A stretch of DNA of 62,618 nucleotides, counting the filler, from Basidiobolus ranarum (Eukaryota): the NCBI GenBank assembly GCA_040143965.1. It is 6 parts of 6 records of this genome, joined end to end, with 100 filler letters (N's around TTAATTAATTAA, not from the genome) between each part and the next. Parts side by side here need not be neighbours in the genome. Positions count along the whole stretch, not along the records: positions 10,481 to 20,852 come from JASJQH010007587.1; positions 20,953 to 31,317 come from JASJQH010007588.1; 4 more parts are not named here. One strand, 5' to 3'. The notes under the pieces were generated by a model that saw only the letters and a program-made list of their open reading frames with translations, had not been told where the DNA came from and searched no databases. This document shows positions 11,591 through 24,424 of this stretch, piece by piece. The position numbers and the translations under genes are program-made. The first letter of the stretch is position 1; the number at the start of each line of letters is the position of its first letter.

Positions 11591-14500
11591 TGTTCGATAT
11601 CTTGAGAACTGACTGTTGCTTCCAACTAGTTTAAAGCGGTAGCGTAACTCTTAATTCTTAACTAGTAATGGTGCTACAAATGAAGACTAGGAAGGCTGGC
11701 TTACAGAGGAATGGAACTGCACCAATGCGAGTAAGGATCTTTTGTGGGAAATGTAGTTCTCAGGTACGGAGGAGCAAGAACAAAAGTAAGTTAAAGAGAT
11801 ATAGATTGACAGGTTAGGCATGCCTTAAAAGCAACCTGACGATGATTATGATGTCATGGGCTGTTTTATACTTCCATCATTTAATATAGGTTTACATCAT
11901 ATCCAATCAATCACCCAAGCAACAACCTTAAGATGGCTAGGTTTACTTTGATGAATGCACTTACGGACATGATTCAAACTCTGCAGGAGTTTAGAATTAC
12001 CATTGCTAATAAGACAAGGCGGGCTTTTCTCCATGATATCTAAGCAGCATCAGGAAGTCGTTGATGGTCAATTAATGGAGTGGTTATTTTTATCAACTCC
12101 GCCCATAAACACTTGCAAATGTGTGCTACTTTTGCATACTTGACGTGGGCGTGATTAGAGTTGGAAATTGATTTATCAACACAGCCAATCATGTCAGTAA
12201 TTTTGGACATTAATTTCGCTCAATAGGAATGACTTTGATCGGAGGTAAATATAAGTCACGCCAATGCCGACATAGCCCGTTTGGTATGGCGTTGAGGTAT
12301 CGTAGATAAGGTACATCGAATCAACCACTTGCTGGGATATGAATGCTTATTCACCAGATACATGGGTGATCGCGGAAAAAAGGACACTTGCGTAGGCTGA
12401 TTCTATTTGCATATTCAGCATTGTTTGAAATTCTTGTGCTCACTATTAATAATCTTTACTTGATTTGCCATTTGTAGTTATGACAAAAGATTCTCTATAT
12501 TTATGCGCATGCAAACTGGCCTAACCTCATACTAACCCTAATTTCTGAGGCTTATATTTACGCACTGGGAAATCGCCATCGTTAGGCCTGATATAGTTAT
12601 TTAATAAATATCATCTAACATGTTACCTCAGGCCTCACAAGAAGCTATGGCACGGAGGTTGGATAATGTAGAAGATTGGACTATCAAATTCATATATTTG
12701 AGCCTTGATGCTGAGTGTTGAAATCAATGCTGATAGAAATCTATTTTTGGGATGGTGAGACAGTGGCTGTTGTGTATGACAATTCAATGACGCAACTATC
12801 ACACGCATCTTACATGACCTATCACATTGCGTGACATATGAAGATCACTTATGACTGTGGGTAATAAAAGATAGCCAGTTACTTGGACTACAAATTAGTT
12901 CTGCATCAATAGAGAACAGGTGGTAACGATGCCACTTTTTAGGATAACAATCATAGTAACATTTCCTCGGCTAAAAGTACACAAATAAATATGTTTCTCT
13001 CAACCTTTGCTTTTAGTCATTTCAAAGACTGTATTTGACACTTATGATGCATTCAAAATGCTTTGCAAATAGCACTTGTGTTGTAATGCATCGACAGATA
13101 ATCGGATAGAGTGAGGGAGGTCAATAGACATGAAAAGGTATGCGAAGAATGGTGCAACGCAGAAATCTTAAGCAGCTGAGCACTCTGGAGGAGGTTCGGC
13201 TCATCTTGATGGCTTCTGAAGATAGGTTCTGGGGTTGAAAAGACATGTAACAGATAGTTCATTGTATAGTCATGTACTGTGTTAACTAGGACACACAAGC
13301 TGAACGTAAGGAGCAACTGCAAGTGAAGTGAAAATATTGTTTCTTTCATGATTTAAATTTCAAACTGACCTAACTGGATGGAAATGTGAAATATGAAGCA
13401 TCCAATATCTAACGGAAATAATATTCATTCACTTGATAGTTAAGATTCCTTCCAAAAGTCTTTAGTCTGACATCTAGGATATTTCAGGCAAGTTCTTTAT
13501 TACAACAAAAGGAAGTCATTATAGGACTATTTTCTAACGAGTACCCGTGTTTCTCAGTGTCTGACTTCTTTCAACCAGGGATAATCATTGCATACAGTTT
13601 GTTTATCCCCTTGACATTGAGCTTCCGCCCACCTCGAAATTTTCAAAGGAAATCGTTATCCTGAGATTGAATATAGTCATATGGGACAGGTAAATTGCAT
13701 TTTATGTCTACTTCGTCTACAATGTACGCTAACATTCAAACCTCCAAATAAACTCTGAATGGTTCTCAATTGAGAATATCATGGGTTATGTTTCCACAAA
13801 CTGGCAAATGCGGACACTCACTGGACTACTTGCTGTATGTTTTAGAACATTCTGCCTTTCATTGGCTTACGAGTTCCTTCGATTGGTCCCACGCGTTTTA
13901 GATCATCAAATAATACTGCGGAAGGGGGTCACTGATCAGACGAAGAATGTCCATCTATTTTTATGGGTTCTTGCTGTTTTCTCAAGACATCCTTGTAGCT
14001 AGGGGGGCCTGATTTATCACTGCGATCCAACGCTAGTCCCTAAGAAATCTTGTTTCATGGCAGAAGTTCGTATATTCCTAGATTGGATTAATGTGTTTCT
14101 AGAGTTTCTAATATAATAATAAAATGACTTGTATAGATATGTTCAGGGTGAAAGGGTCCAAAGATATTTGATCAAAGCAAATAAGACAGAATCCATAATG
14201 AGATCTTTGTGTACCGGGTATTGATTCCTTGGCCAGATGCACCGAGTTGTATTTCACTAGAAATGGCCAACCGTCAAGAGGTAGTATACCACCGCTCGTT
14301 CAACCCAATGATATCTATCTATGCCAATTCCATATGCGTTTTTCCTCCATGCACGTCTTGATTCATTTTAATATGGCTCGACTGAATCATGTGTTGTCTA
14401 CATAAGAAACAAAGACCATCCTCTTTATACGTGTCTTGAAAAGCACAACTGAACCATGTGCACAACCAGTCTAATCACAGATCATTACTATCCGTGACAT

Positions 14501-14635
14501 CGGACTTATTCCACCCGGCCAGGAGTTATTGGATCTTGGCTGAAATTCAGAACTAATGGCGACTGAAATTAATGAGAGCTTTGATGGTGAAGGATTGGGT
14601 GGTATATTTTTAGATTCTTCTATTCCACAGCAAAT

Positions 14636-14705
14636 ATACAACTCTATTATTGATCTCCCTAAAAACTGGAATACAACTCTATTATTGATCTCCCTAAAAA
14701 CTGGA
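14636..14705. repeat. Perfect 35-bp tandem duplication (2 copies)
   Basis: ATACAACTCTATTATTGATCTCCCTAAAAACTGGA occurs at 14636-14670 and 14671-14705. Confidence 0.95.
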
Positions 14706-15439
14706 TATTGAGATAATATGCTATTAGTTGGAGATAAACAGGGGCTGATTAAAAGATGCAGTAATACTCCCTTCACAGCCTCAGTACAAAAAATACAATG
14801 ATGAAATAAGGCCAATATCATATTTTAGAATAAGATTCGAAAGTCCAGAAGAGTGTGCATGGAGTAAGGGATGCTTTTTTGGAGCATGTTGGTACAGTGT
14901 CCTACCAGACCCACGAGTACAGATTTATCCCGGGTATTAACAATTGTTACTCCAACTTGGCATTGGTAGCAATGGTCGTGGCTATGGATACTTGCGGTGG
15001 AATTTGAACAAATTATCTTTCGTAGAAACTATACGGAACAATGGCATATTGAATTCTGAGTGATATATTGATATGTTGGACTTCGGGGTTGCATTATGTT
15101 CTTCCATTCACTGCATGTTTGTTTGAAATATCTGCAGTTCAAATGCAGCATCAGCTAAACTCCGTAATGAATAAAACCTCAGGCATTTGAATTATTTCTG
15201 ATTTCTGGTTAGACAACTATGTCTACACATTTCTAGTCTCTTATTACCATCTCTCACCACCATTTACTCCTTAATCTTGGTTCTCTTGATACCTTGTCTC
15301 TCTTTCCGCCAAAGAGCTACCATCATTGCTTATTTTTCGAATTTCCTGCTCCCCATCATTTGACATAAAGTCTAACACTGGTTCCTACTTAAGCTAAAAA
15401 ACAGTTTGAGTCGATTTAACTTTGACTGTTGCTTCCTGA

Positions 15440-17018
15440 ATGCTATCTGATATATGTTGGATTGTAAAAGGCTCCGATCCAGAGGTGTTTCGCTCCTGGG
15501 ATGAGATAAGAGGTTAGGGCAATATTACATTAGTAATCATTCTTCTTGAATATTTATCATCAACTCTAAAGGCATTGTACTTAACTCGAATCGGTATATC
15601 ACTTTACAGCCTCTCATCTTGGCTGGATGTTTTCAGGTGTTTGCGCCATGATGGCCACTTCTATATCCTTCTTCTTAATTTACAAGCACGCACAATTTTA
15701 CACAAAGGTAAGCATGATACTGATGCGCATGGATTTCTTAGTGACAGTATATTGACTACTATCTCTATCTTCAATTAGCCAAACCAGCAAAGATATATTA
15801 TTCGTATAGTATTAATGGTCCCAATCTATGCTATGATCTCCTGGCTATCCTACCGCTTCTACCAGGAATCCATATATTTCGAGGTGATTAGAGATTGTTA
15901 TGAAGCATTCGTTCTAGCCAGCTTCTTTATTCTTTTATTACAATATGTTGGGGATACTGGTGATTTGCAACGAGAAGCAATCCAAAAGCGACCTCGGAAC
16001 AAACTAGTGTTTCCGTTCTGTTGTTGGACATATAATCCTGCCAGTCCTCATTTTCTTCAATGGTTAAAGTGGGGGATCCTTCAATACGTAGTTATCCGAC
16101 CAATAACTACTATTCTATCGGTAATATTTATGGCCAAAGGATCGTTGTGTCCTGAATCATTATCCCCCAAATACGGTCGCGTCTACATACTGGCAATTGA
16201 ATTCACATCAGTGTCTATAGCCATGTATTGTCTGGTGATATTCTACATGACAGTATGTGAAGAGATCCAGCAGTTTAAGCCATTCTATAAATTCCTGTGT
16301 ATAAAGTTGGTAAGTTCAACATGGATGTACAGATCCAGGTACGAAATGTAGTATGTTCTTACTTTCTCTTCTATAGGTGATATTTTTCTCATTTTGGCAA
16401 TATGTATTCCTGAGTGTTTTGGTACAGTTCGGTAAGCGGGAATTTTCAATGGTTATATTGTTTTCATTCATTTTGCTAATCGAAAACTTCCAGGTATTAT
16501 CAAGGAAACCGAATACTGGTAAAAGCGAATTTCATTTACTGATAATCTAACTTTAGTATATCTCTAACTATTTTTTAAACCAACTAAGGACGGAACATAA
16601 CATATCTACTGGCGTCCAAGCTATTCTAATCTGCGTCGAAATGGTATTCTTCTCATTTCTTCATATTAAAGCTTTCGATTACCGTGGATATCGACCCAAA
16701 GGAAGAGATCGATTACCGGTATTTCGAGCGTTAGTGGATGCACTGAATCCCATGGATTTTATGAGGGAGATTTATAGTTGTGTAGTGTATTTTTTTAAAT
16801 GCTTGTTCGGGGGTAATGATAGTATTTACACGCCAAATAACATGGACATTCATTATGCCATGGGTATCAACTCAAGTCGCTCATCGACGTCGATATCGAT
16901 TGCTGATTCCGGTGGCGGATATCTTCATTTTTATGAAGATACAACTCCACGAAAATCTTACGAAACATATCAAACAAATGATGTAGAACTCAGCCCATCC
17001 AAAGCACGTATGAATTAA
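15440..17018 (+). CDS. Organic solute transporter OST-alpha/TMEM184 family membrane protein (multi-exon)
   Basis: Spliced motifs PNQQRYIIRIVLMVPIYA, IRDCYEAFVLASFF, GILQYVVIRP, PFYKFLCIKLVIFFSFWQ, LICVEMVFFS; includes a 25-nt micro-exon at ~16494-16518. Confidence 0.92.
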
Positions 17019-18981
17019 GGATATTTCCAAATAGAAGAAATCTTATATTACAGCGGTTATTATCATACGGTTACCTGCTATTCGGGAAGTTTAGATTTCC
17101 CGTTACTCTCTACTATTAAGCTCAAGTGTGAATCTACTATTCGGAACACCTCTCCAATCTTTTTGGGAACACTGCCCCTGTGAGTACATAATTTGTTCAC
17201 AGTTTTGAACGGATCCCTTACAATTTCCCTTTCTTGTCCTCTTAAAGAGAGCTAGGCTAGAGATACACTTCATTTAATCCGCTGGCTTTTATTACTGCAT
17301 ACCCTTTTCTCGACTTAAAGCAACTTACCATGTGCGCAGATCATCCCTCAGTCCAGCCTTTTGAATGAAAAGGAACTTCATTCATTATTCTTTTACCTCT
17401 TGATGTTAATTGATTATTTTGTACTTTCTTCTGTGTAAATATAATAAACCATTGATTAACACATTTATTTATAATGTGACTTGTAGTGATGTTCCAAATA
17501 GTATTACTTGAGAGAGTAGCATAGATTAGAAGAATGAAGACTGCTATAGTTTATAAAAACCATTATAATTTTACAGTACCCTTTCAAGGATTATAGTAAA
17601 GAAGAATATATGGATGCTAACTGGAAAATCAGAAAGAACAGAGTCATTTTGATTGTAGATATGTCAATAGTTAACACTGTAAAGCTCCCGCTTAGTTCTG
17701 GTTTCAATATACACTCTTAAGGTGTGTGATAACAGATAACAAGACTTCCGTATCAGAGAATCATAATAACTATTCCCAAATAGTTGCATAACAAGTTGTC
17801 TTTGTTGAATATTTCATGCATTCCGAAAGCTTGTTCACCGCTAGTTTTACCACTCTTAGCACTTTGCTTAATGTGAAACTAATTAACCATGATAATAAAC
17901 TTTAACTCGTGTGGTGAACAATTAATAGCAGATACCTTTGTACTCTGGAACTGAGGATGCATGACATTTGAACCTCCGATAAATTAAAGTAACCAATTTC
18001 TTGAATGAAATCTGACACTAGCATCCCAACCATTATGCACCTACTCATATCGGTAACAAATGGTGACATCGTAAAGGATTAGTAGATTTCCGTTCTATAG
18101 TGAACAAGCCAACTTCAAGGCTGGATTTCAATCAGAAAAGGGAATCACTGCTCCATACAGTCCTGGTATATAGCCAGATAAGTTCATAAATACTACCTTG
18201 ACCGGTCATTATGCAAATCGATACCTGGACAGTTCATGTGCAGCTCAAAAGCCTGATTGAAGTTAACTAGAATAAACATGAATGACGAGAAATCTGACCT
18301 ATCCAAGTCGAACACAGCAATATCTAGGAGTTACCTTGCCAAACCAGTACCGGTGAAACCACTGAAACGGTATTTCAATCAGATCAAGTTTATGTCGGTA
18401 ATGAATAGTTGGGAAGGGTAGAATGATTTTCCGAAATGAAAGTTGGCCAGTAAAAATCGAGGTCAATATCATCCTCTGGTATTGTAGTCTATTTTACGCC
18501 GAAACATACAGACCGAATATCCAAAGTCGAAGTGCCGAAATGATGGTAAATAAAGCTAGATCCATTTACTATGTTTGACTAATGCCTTACTACCAGATGC
18601 AAATCAAGTGAACACTTATTCTCACTCACAAGACTTTGACACCCCCTGTTTTCGTTGAAAGAATTTATCTTGTGGGTTAATTTAAAATGCGCTACCAACT
18701 GATATCTTTGAAGATACATATATCTTCTCACTGCATGTTGGTTTCTTCTAAATATGGATTCTATTAATTTACCGCATTCAATTGGCTGTCACTTACTGTT
18801 TCTGATTGGAAGTAACATCTAATTTAGTTTGTCGATATTTTTTTTATGATATAATAGAAGGTAGTTGTCGATCTACAGATATTATTGTGCCAGAACACTT
18901 GGGTTTTTAACAATATCCATCAGTACTCTCTTTACCTGAGTTCCAAGACTTTACCATTCCACACGAATAAGAAACTTAAAA

Positions 18982-20852
18982 ATGAAATTCGGAAAATGTC
19001 TAAGTGCTTCGGCACAAGAATTACCTGAGGATTGGCGACAGCATGTTGTTCATTACTCTCACCTAAAGAAATGCATAAATCGTATAGTTGCCGAGCTAGA
19101 GGAAATTGGGTTGGCCACTCTTACAGCAGAGTATTCGCAAGAAAGTTTCGAGAGTACTCAACCACTCAAGCTTGTATATTCTTTTATCGGTACGATCCCC
19201 CGTTGCATTTACCTACCTTTTAAATTGCAGACTTTAACTTGGTTTGACATGTAGGCACGGTGGAGAATTTTTCCCCAAAGATCGAGGTCATTGTAGAGGA
19301 TAATGCCGAGGAAACAACACCTGAATTTGAGGCCATTTCAACGAAACTCAACTCTTTGACAATATCTACAGTCTCCGAAGACCATGAAATCCCTCCTAAT
19401 ATTGAGTCACATGAAAGCCCCGTTGATGATGTATCCGCAATAGACTGTAATACAGACGAAAACGATCAATATAACTTGGTATGCGAACCATCACCAGTCT
19501 CTTACGATTCCCAGGATATAGCAGACCTAGAGTCTGTTAACAATTGTGATTCTAATAATTCTACAAGGTTGGGCGAATATTCTTTCTTTAACAATCAATA
19601 GACGAGCTAACCCCCCTTTTTTTAACTACATAGAGCTTTAAATTTTGTGTTACCCACTGATTCCGAGTTTTTTGGAAATCTTAGTAGCTCTATCAATGGG
19701 CTAACTAAATTCGAGTTAAATATGAAAGATGGCTGCTCAAATAACATCGTCAAGCTTGCTTCATTAATCTCACACACTGCATCACCATATTCCAAAGACA
19801 TGTATATATGGTACGTTTGTAGGATAATAGATTATAACACATCCATATTTGATCCTAATTCTCTTACTCTTTCAAGGCGTGAAATCTTTAACCTGTATCT
19901 TGATGCTAACATCTGGATGGTAAATAACCACGCTTGGCAGAAACCACAATCGATTGAAAAAACTAGAGAGCAGTATCAATGGTTTGTTCAAGAAATAGCG
20001 CGCCTTTCCTTGGTAAATATACCACATAATCATCTTCTCTCAACGTAAGTTAACAATGGAACATCTGTAGAGCAAGAAATTCCGTAACCGGGACTCTAAC
20101 AAAGCCCTCGAACAGTTTTTGATGGTAAGCTTGAAGACCATGAAACAGTTTTTGTAAGAGTACTAATCAAGTGTTCAATATTTCAGCTTAATCGGGATCT
20201 ACTCTCCATTATGCAATTTCATGAGCTCAACCAAACAGCAATCAGGAAGATCATAAAGAAACATGACAAGCGAACGCATCTTAGGTATGCTATACTTTCT
20301 GGTCAACTGATGGTCACTTTGATATTCACTAATAAGTTGTATCGGATAATAGTGCGAAATCTTGGTTTATTGATCTCATGGCACCTAGCATGCTTTTCAA
20401 AGGAAATCTCTCAAAAGCCCTCCTTAGCGCACTACACGTACGTATTTGATAAGTGTGATTGATTTCGTACCTATGGTTATTGACGTTGGAATTTTATTTA
20501 CAGACGCAGCTATTGATTATCATCCCACAGCCAGATGATTACCGATGCCCGATTTGTCTCTGTAAGTACCAAAAACCTGTCAAATTGGCATCTAAACATT
20601 GACTGATTCAAGATTGAATATGTTACAGCCATTTCATGGAAACCGATCCGGCTGAAGTGTGGACATGTCTTCTGCGTACAATGTATGATTGGGGCACAAA
20701 GACGCAAACTGTCTGATTGTCCACTCTGTCGGGCACCCGACTCCGTAACCGAGGCAAGCACCGGAAACTTGGATGTTCCCAGGATGAATCTCATGAAACT
20801 TTACTTCCCACGAGAAATCAAGGCTAAGCAAAAGGAAGATGACTACGAGCAA
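18982..20852 (+). CDS. SPX + RING-finger E3 ubiquitin ligase (Pqr1/NLA-like architecture), 3'-truncated
   Basis: N-terminal SPX MKFGK...YSHLKKCI and ELNQTAIRKIIKKHDKRT; spliced C3HC4 RING CPICL..WKPIRLKCGHVFCVQC...CPLCR followed by MKLYFPREIK. Confidence 0.9.
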
Positions 20853-20952
20853 NNNNNNNNNNNNNNNNNNNNNNNNNNNNNNNNNNNNNNNNNNNNTTAA
20901 TTAATTAANNNNNNNNNNNNNNNNNNNNNNNNNNNNNNNNNNNNNNNNNNNN
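20853..20952. other. Artificial contig spacer
   Basis: N44-TTAATTAATTAA-N44. Confidence 0.98.
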
Positions 20953-21060
20953 AGTAAATTCCAATTGAGAATAATGCATAATATTTTAGTGAATTATAAG
21001 ATAACTAAGTACTAAGCTCTATATGACTGTATAGATATTTAGGCAATGCTTATTTTAACA
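20953..21060. mobile_element. Truncated LTR, copy E (contig edge; same orientation as copy A)
   Basis: AGTAAATTCC..TTGAGAATA...ATATGACT...TTTTAACA aligns by eye to 4624-4731 and to the reverse complement of 4817-4925. Confidence 0.8.
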
Positions 21061-21068
21061 AAAATAAC

Positions 21069-21884
21069 TTGGAGCTCTCCATTGCCAAAACAATTCTAAT
21101 TGGTTGCACCATTTCCTTTTATGATACTCAGCTTCCTGAAATAAGCCATGCAACATATCTTGGGTTTCCATTTACTCAAACTGGTATTGATGTGAAGAAA
21201 CACTTGTCCATCAGAATTGCCTTGGCTAAACAGGATGTTCACAAATTACTTGCTGTTACACCACCCATTACATCTTATCATGGCTATAAAAGACTTCTCA
21301 AGCAGTTTGTGATACCAGTTCTGGAATATAGGGTACATCTGCTCCCACTCAACCAAAGAGACTACTCTAAGCTTGATAGATTCTTCAGCTACTGCCTCAG
21401 GCTGCTGATGCCTGACTTGCTTGAGACTCCCAATGATCATGCTCCGGATGGAACTTTTGGATTCTTGCCATATCATATTAGAGTAGTTTTACTCCAGGCA
21501 AGATTTCTACTCCAACTCAATGACTGCAGAAATCCACCAATTAAGAAATGGCTAGCCATACCATCTTCAAATGCACTATCATGCTGGAAATTGATACAAG
21601 ATGATCCTCTGGTTTCTGAGTTAGCTTTACAGCTGCATGAAACAAAACAGCCTGAAATTGTTGCTATAGACTTCCAGCTAGACCTTTGGAAGCAATACCT
21701 TGCCTCTAAGACACCTTTCTTGATTCCCATTATTCCAGGTTTTTGTCCTATTGTCTATCTGGTTTGTACTGAGTATCTTCCTTTCTGCTTACCACCTTTG
21801 CCCCTTAACACTATATTTACATCCTCTGAACTTGATTACATTGGTCATCAAGTTAAGTATGGATATGATCCAGTATTGTCATAA
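21069..21884 (+). mobile_element. Non-LTR (LINE-like) retrotransposon remnant, RT C-terminal region
   Basis: Intronless 271-codon frame with YLGFPF..TGID...HL..RI..A and KQFVIPVLEY, as in the thumb region after the RT core of LINE ORF2. The YxDD core is not present in the window. Confidence 0.65.
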
Positions 21885-22162
21885 TATCTTAAAAGATTGA
21901 TGTCTTGATTGTCACTTTGTTTAGATTAGTATTTAAGCTAAATAAAGTCCATACCATCTGGTGCTTTTCATCACCCTTAATGTAGAAGCTTATCATCACA
22001 AAAGCAAACTGTCAACTTGAACCTTGCTTTGTGTTTTTGTGACTACCATTAACCCTGTGCACAGTACTTACACAATTTCCGGATTCAAATTGAGTTTTAT
22101 TGAGTTCATATATGCTAGTACGGTGGTAACAGAGATAGGTTGATTGAATATATGCAGGTGAG

Positions 22163-22579
22163 TCACATCAACAGGAGGTGACTTATAAGGTTACTCATGA
22201 TAACTCCAACCATCCAAGCAGTATTGGATGTTAAAAGGCCTGAAGGTGCAGCAGATTTTCCTAAAACCTTGTTGCAATTGAATATTCCAGCAGCGTTTAT
22301 CTGGGATTTTATGCTGCTGACTTCGGATTGAGTGCAAATTTGATTACATAAATCAAAGTGTTGAGGTGCATCTTTCAATTGACAAGAGCATTTCTTGTAG
22401 AGGTCGGTTGGATTAAAAGGCTTTAGTTCTTTATCGTACTCGAAGTCTTGACAACCTGGTGTGGCTCGGAAAGGTAAGGAAAATAAGCAATCTTTACAGG
22501 ACCCAGCATCCACGACAACTAGGGTAAAGAGGTACATAATCAGCAAAGCTACTCTGCATAAGCGTCTGTTGGCTTCCAT
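22163..22579 (-). CDS. Small secreted cysteine-rich protein, possible GPI anchor
   Basis: 138 aa: hydrophobic N-terminus ending VVDA, eight Cys in the predicted mature part, small-residue linker KSAAPSG and a hydrophobic C-terminal tail. Confidence 0.75.
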   Translation of the reverse strand: MEANRRLCRVALLIMYLFTLVVVDAGSCKDCLFSLPFRATPGCQDFEYDKELKPFNPTDLYKKCSCQLKDAPQHFDLCNQICTQSEVSSIKSQINAAGIFNCNKVLGKSAAPSGLLTSNTAWMVGVIMSNLISHLLLM

Positions 22580-24424
22580 TGTAGACTATTGTTCAGTTAT
22601 GATAAGGTCAGAGACATGGGCCAGCTTTTATCTTCTCAATCACCTGCAGCGAGAAAGTGTTGGCATTTGTTTATGAGACTGCACATTTTGCTCTAGCCCA
22701 TCGAATTAAGGTTAGGGATAAGCTGTGTGCCTGTAATCGCCTCTCAAATAATTATGGATCATAATCGCCTGTACGTATATGGAAATTTTAATCATCTCAA
22801 CTGCAAATAGCATGTAGTGGAACAATCTTGAATCTTTCAAAGTTCTACGAATTGGCATGATGGCAGTTAGACTGGATATCAACCTGTCATCTCTATGTTA
22901 TTTGGCCCTGTTCAATGCCAAGAAGGATAAGCAGGTTTGTGCCAAGCGATATCTTACATCGTAGCTTCAAGGTCTTGGCCGAATTTTTCATTCCGTTTAC
23001 GAGCAATCCTTGGATACAGCAATGATATTAGGATCTACGTGTATCCGCGATTCTGAGTAATTCGAAAACTTGGGTGAGAATAGTTGGCGCTGGATCTCAA
23101 TAGGGAAATTGCTTGCGGCATCGACTCAGTGATGAAGATGCATTTATAGCATACGTAGTGAAGTTTGCTGCTTTAAGAATATTAAGTATATAAAGTAGAG
23201 CTACTCCCGGAAGTTGAGACCAGTAAATATACTATGTCCATGGGAACCATTACCTGTCGCCATCAAATTATCTAGTCTCGTATTAGATCCAAATAAACCA
23301 ACTTTCCACACTACTTTTGTGACTCACTATTAACAATTTAGCCTCTACTGGCACATTCTCTACAAGTCCCATGCTTGCGGGATTATTTAAATATATGCAC
23401 TATCTTTTATCTGGCATTTGCATAATCGCATTTATTGTTACCCCTTCATAGGGTGTTACGAGCTTGATGGCTATTCCCAGAAATCATTTTGGCTGGTGGA
23501 TCTTGTCATGTTGAGAGGGTCCCCAGTTTAAATTGCCATGCATATCTATATCTCCACACCACAATGTATTCTTGGCATACCACTCAACCGTTACTCCACC
23601 CGATCTAGCATTGATAGTAAGGATATTGCTGATAAACTAAGCAATGGCATTGCACCAAAAGTCTGATCCTTCTAATCAATCAACAAATGAATACAGCCTT
23701 ACTCTTTCTATCATTGTTCCATTGTCTACATCGATGCGTGATTCCCTATTAAAATCAGTGACAGTAGTTACCATGATTGTATATGCTGCAATGTTACTGT
23801 ATGTATTCTCTGGAGAGATAGGTTAAAGGCGATAAATGGCAGAAGTTTTAAATGGATAGCAAGCTGAATTCCTTATCCGAACTAGCTTCCATATACTACA
23901 AAAAGCTCAATCACCATTGTAGTTGAAATTATGAGTACGTAATGGACAAGCAGGTTACAGAACCCCCCGGAGTGTTTATTGATGCTTTTACAGCTTATAA
24001 ACCACTGGATAGATTCGCTAGAGGCCAATATACGCTTGCACACCAAGAAATTTGTAAGCAGTGTATCGATTCAGACAAAGAGTAGATGCTTTTCTCAGGT
24101 GCTAGCTGTCTGCAGACCTAGTATCTAGTTAGAGGGAACATTATTCGCAGTAGGTAACCAAGGCCCAAGAGATATGACGTACTGTTGATAAAGTCCCTCA
24201 CACCTATGAAAGAATCCTTTTAAGAGCAATAGTAGATTTAGTAGTTTCGGACTTCAATTTAAAAACAATCTATAATACCAAATGATAGTAACATTTGAAT
24301 GAAATTTGAGCTTGAATAGCAGTAATTTATTCTTAGACAGTGTATATTACATACTAAGCAAATAAACAAAAGCTTCAAGAAAAAACTTCATCGAGACTAT
24401 TCAATATTTGTAGAAGTTATCAAA

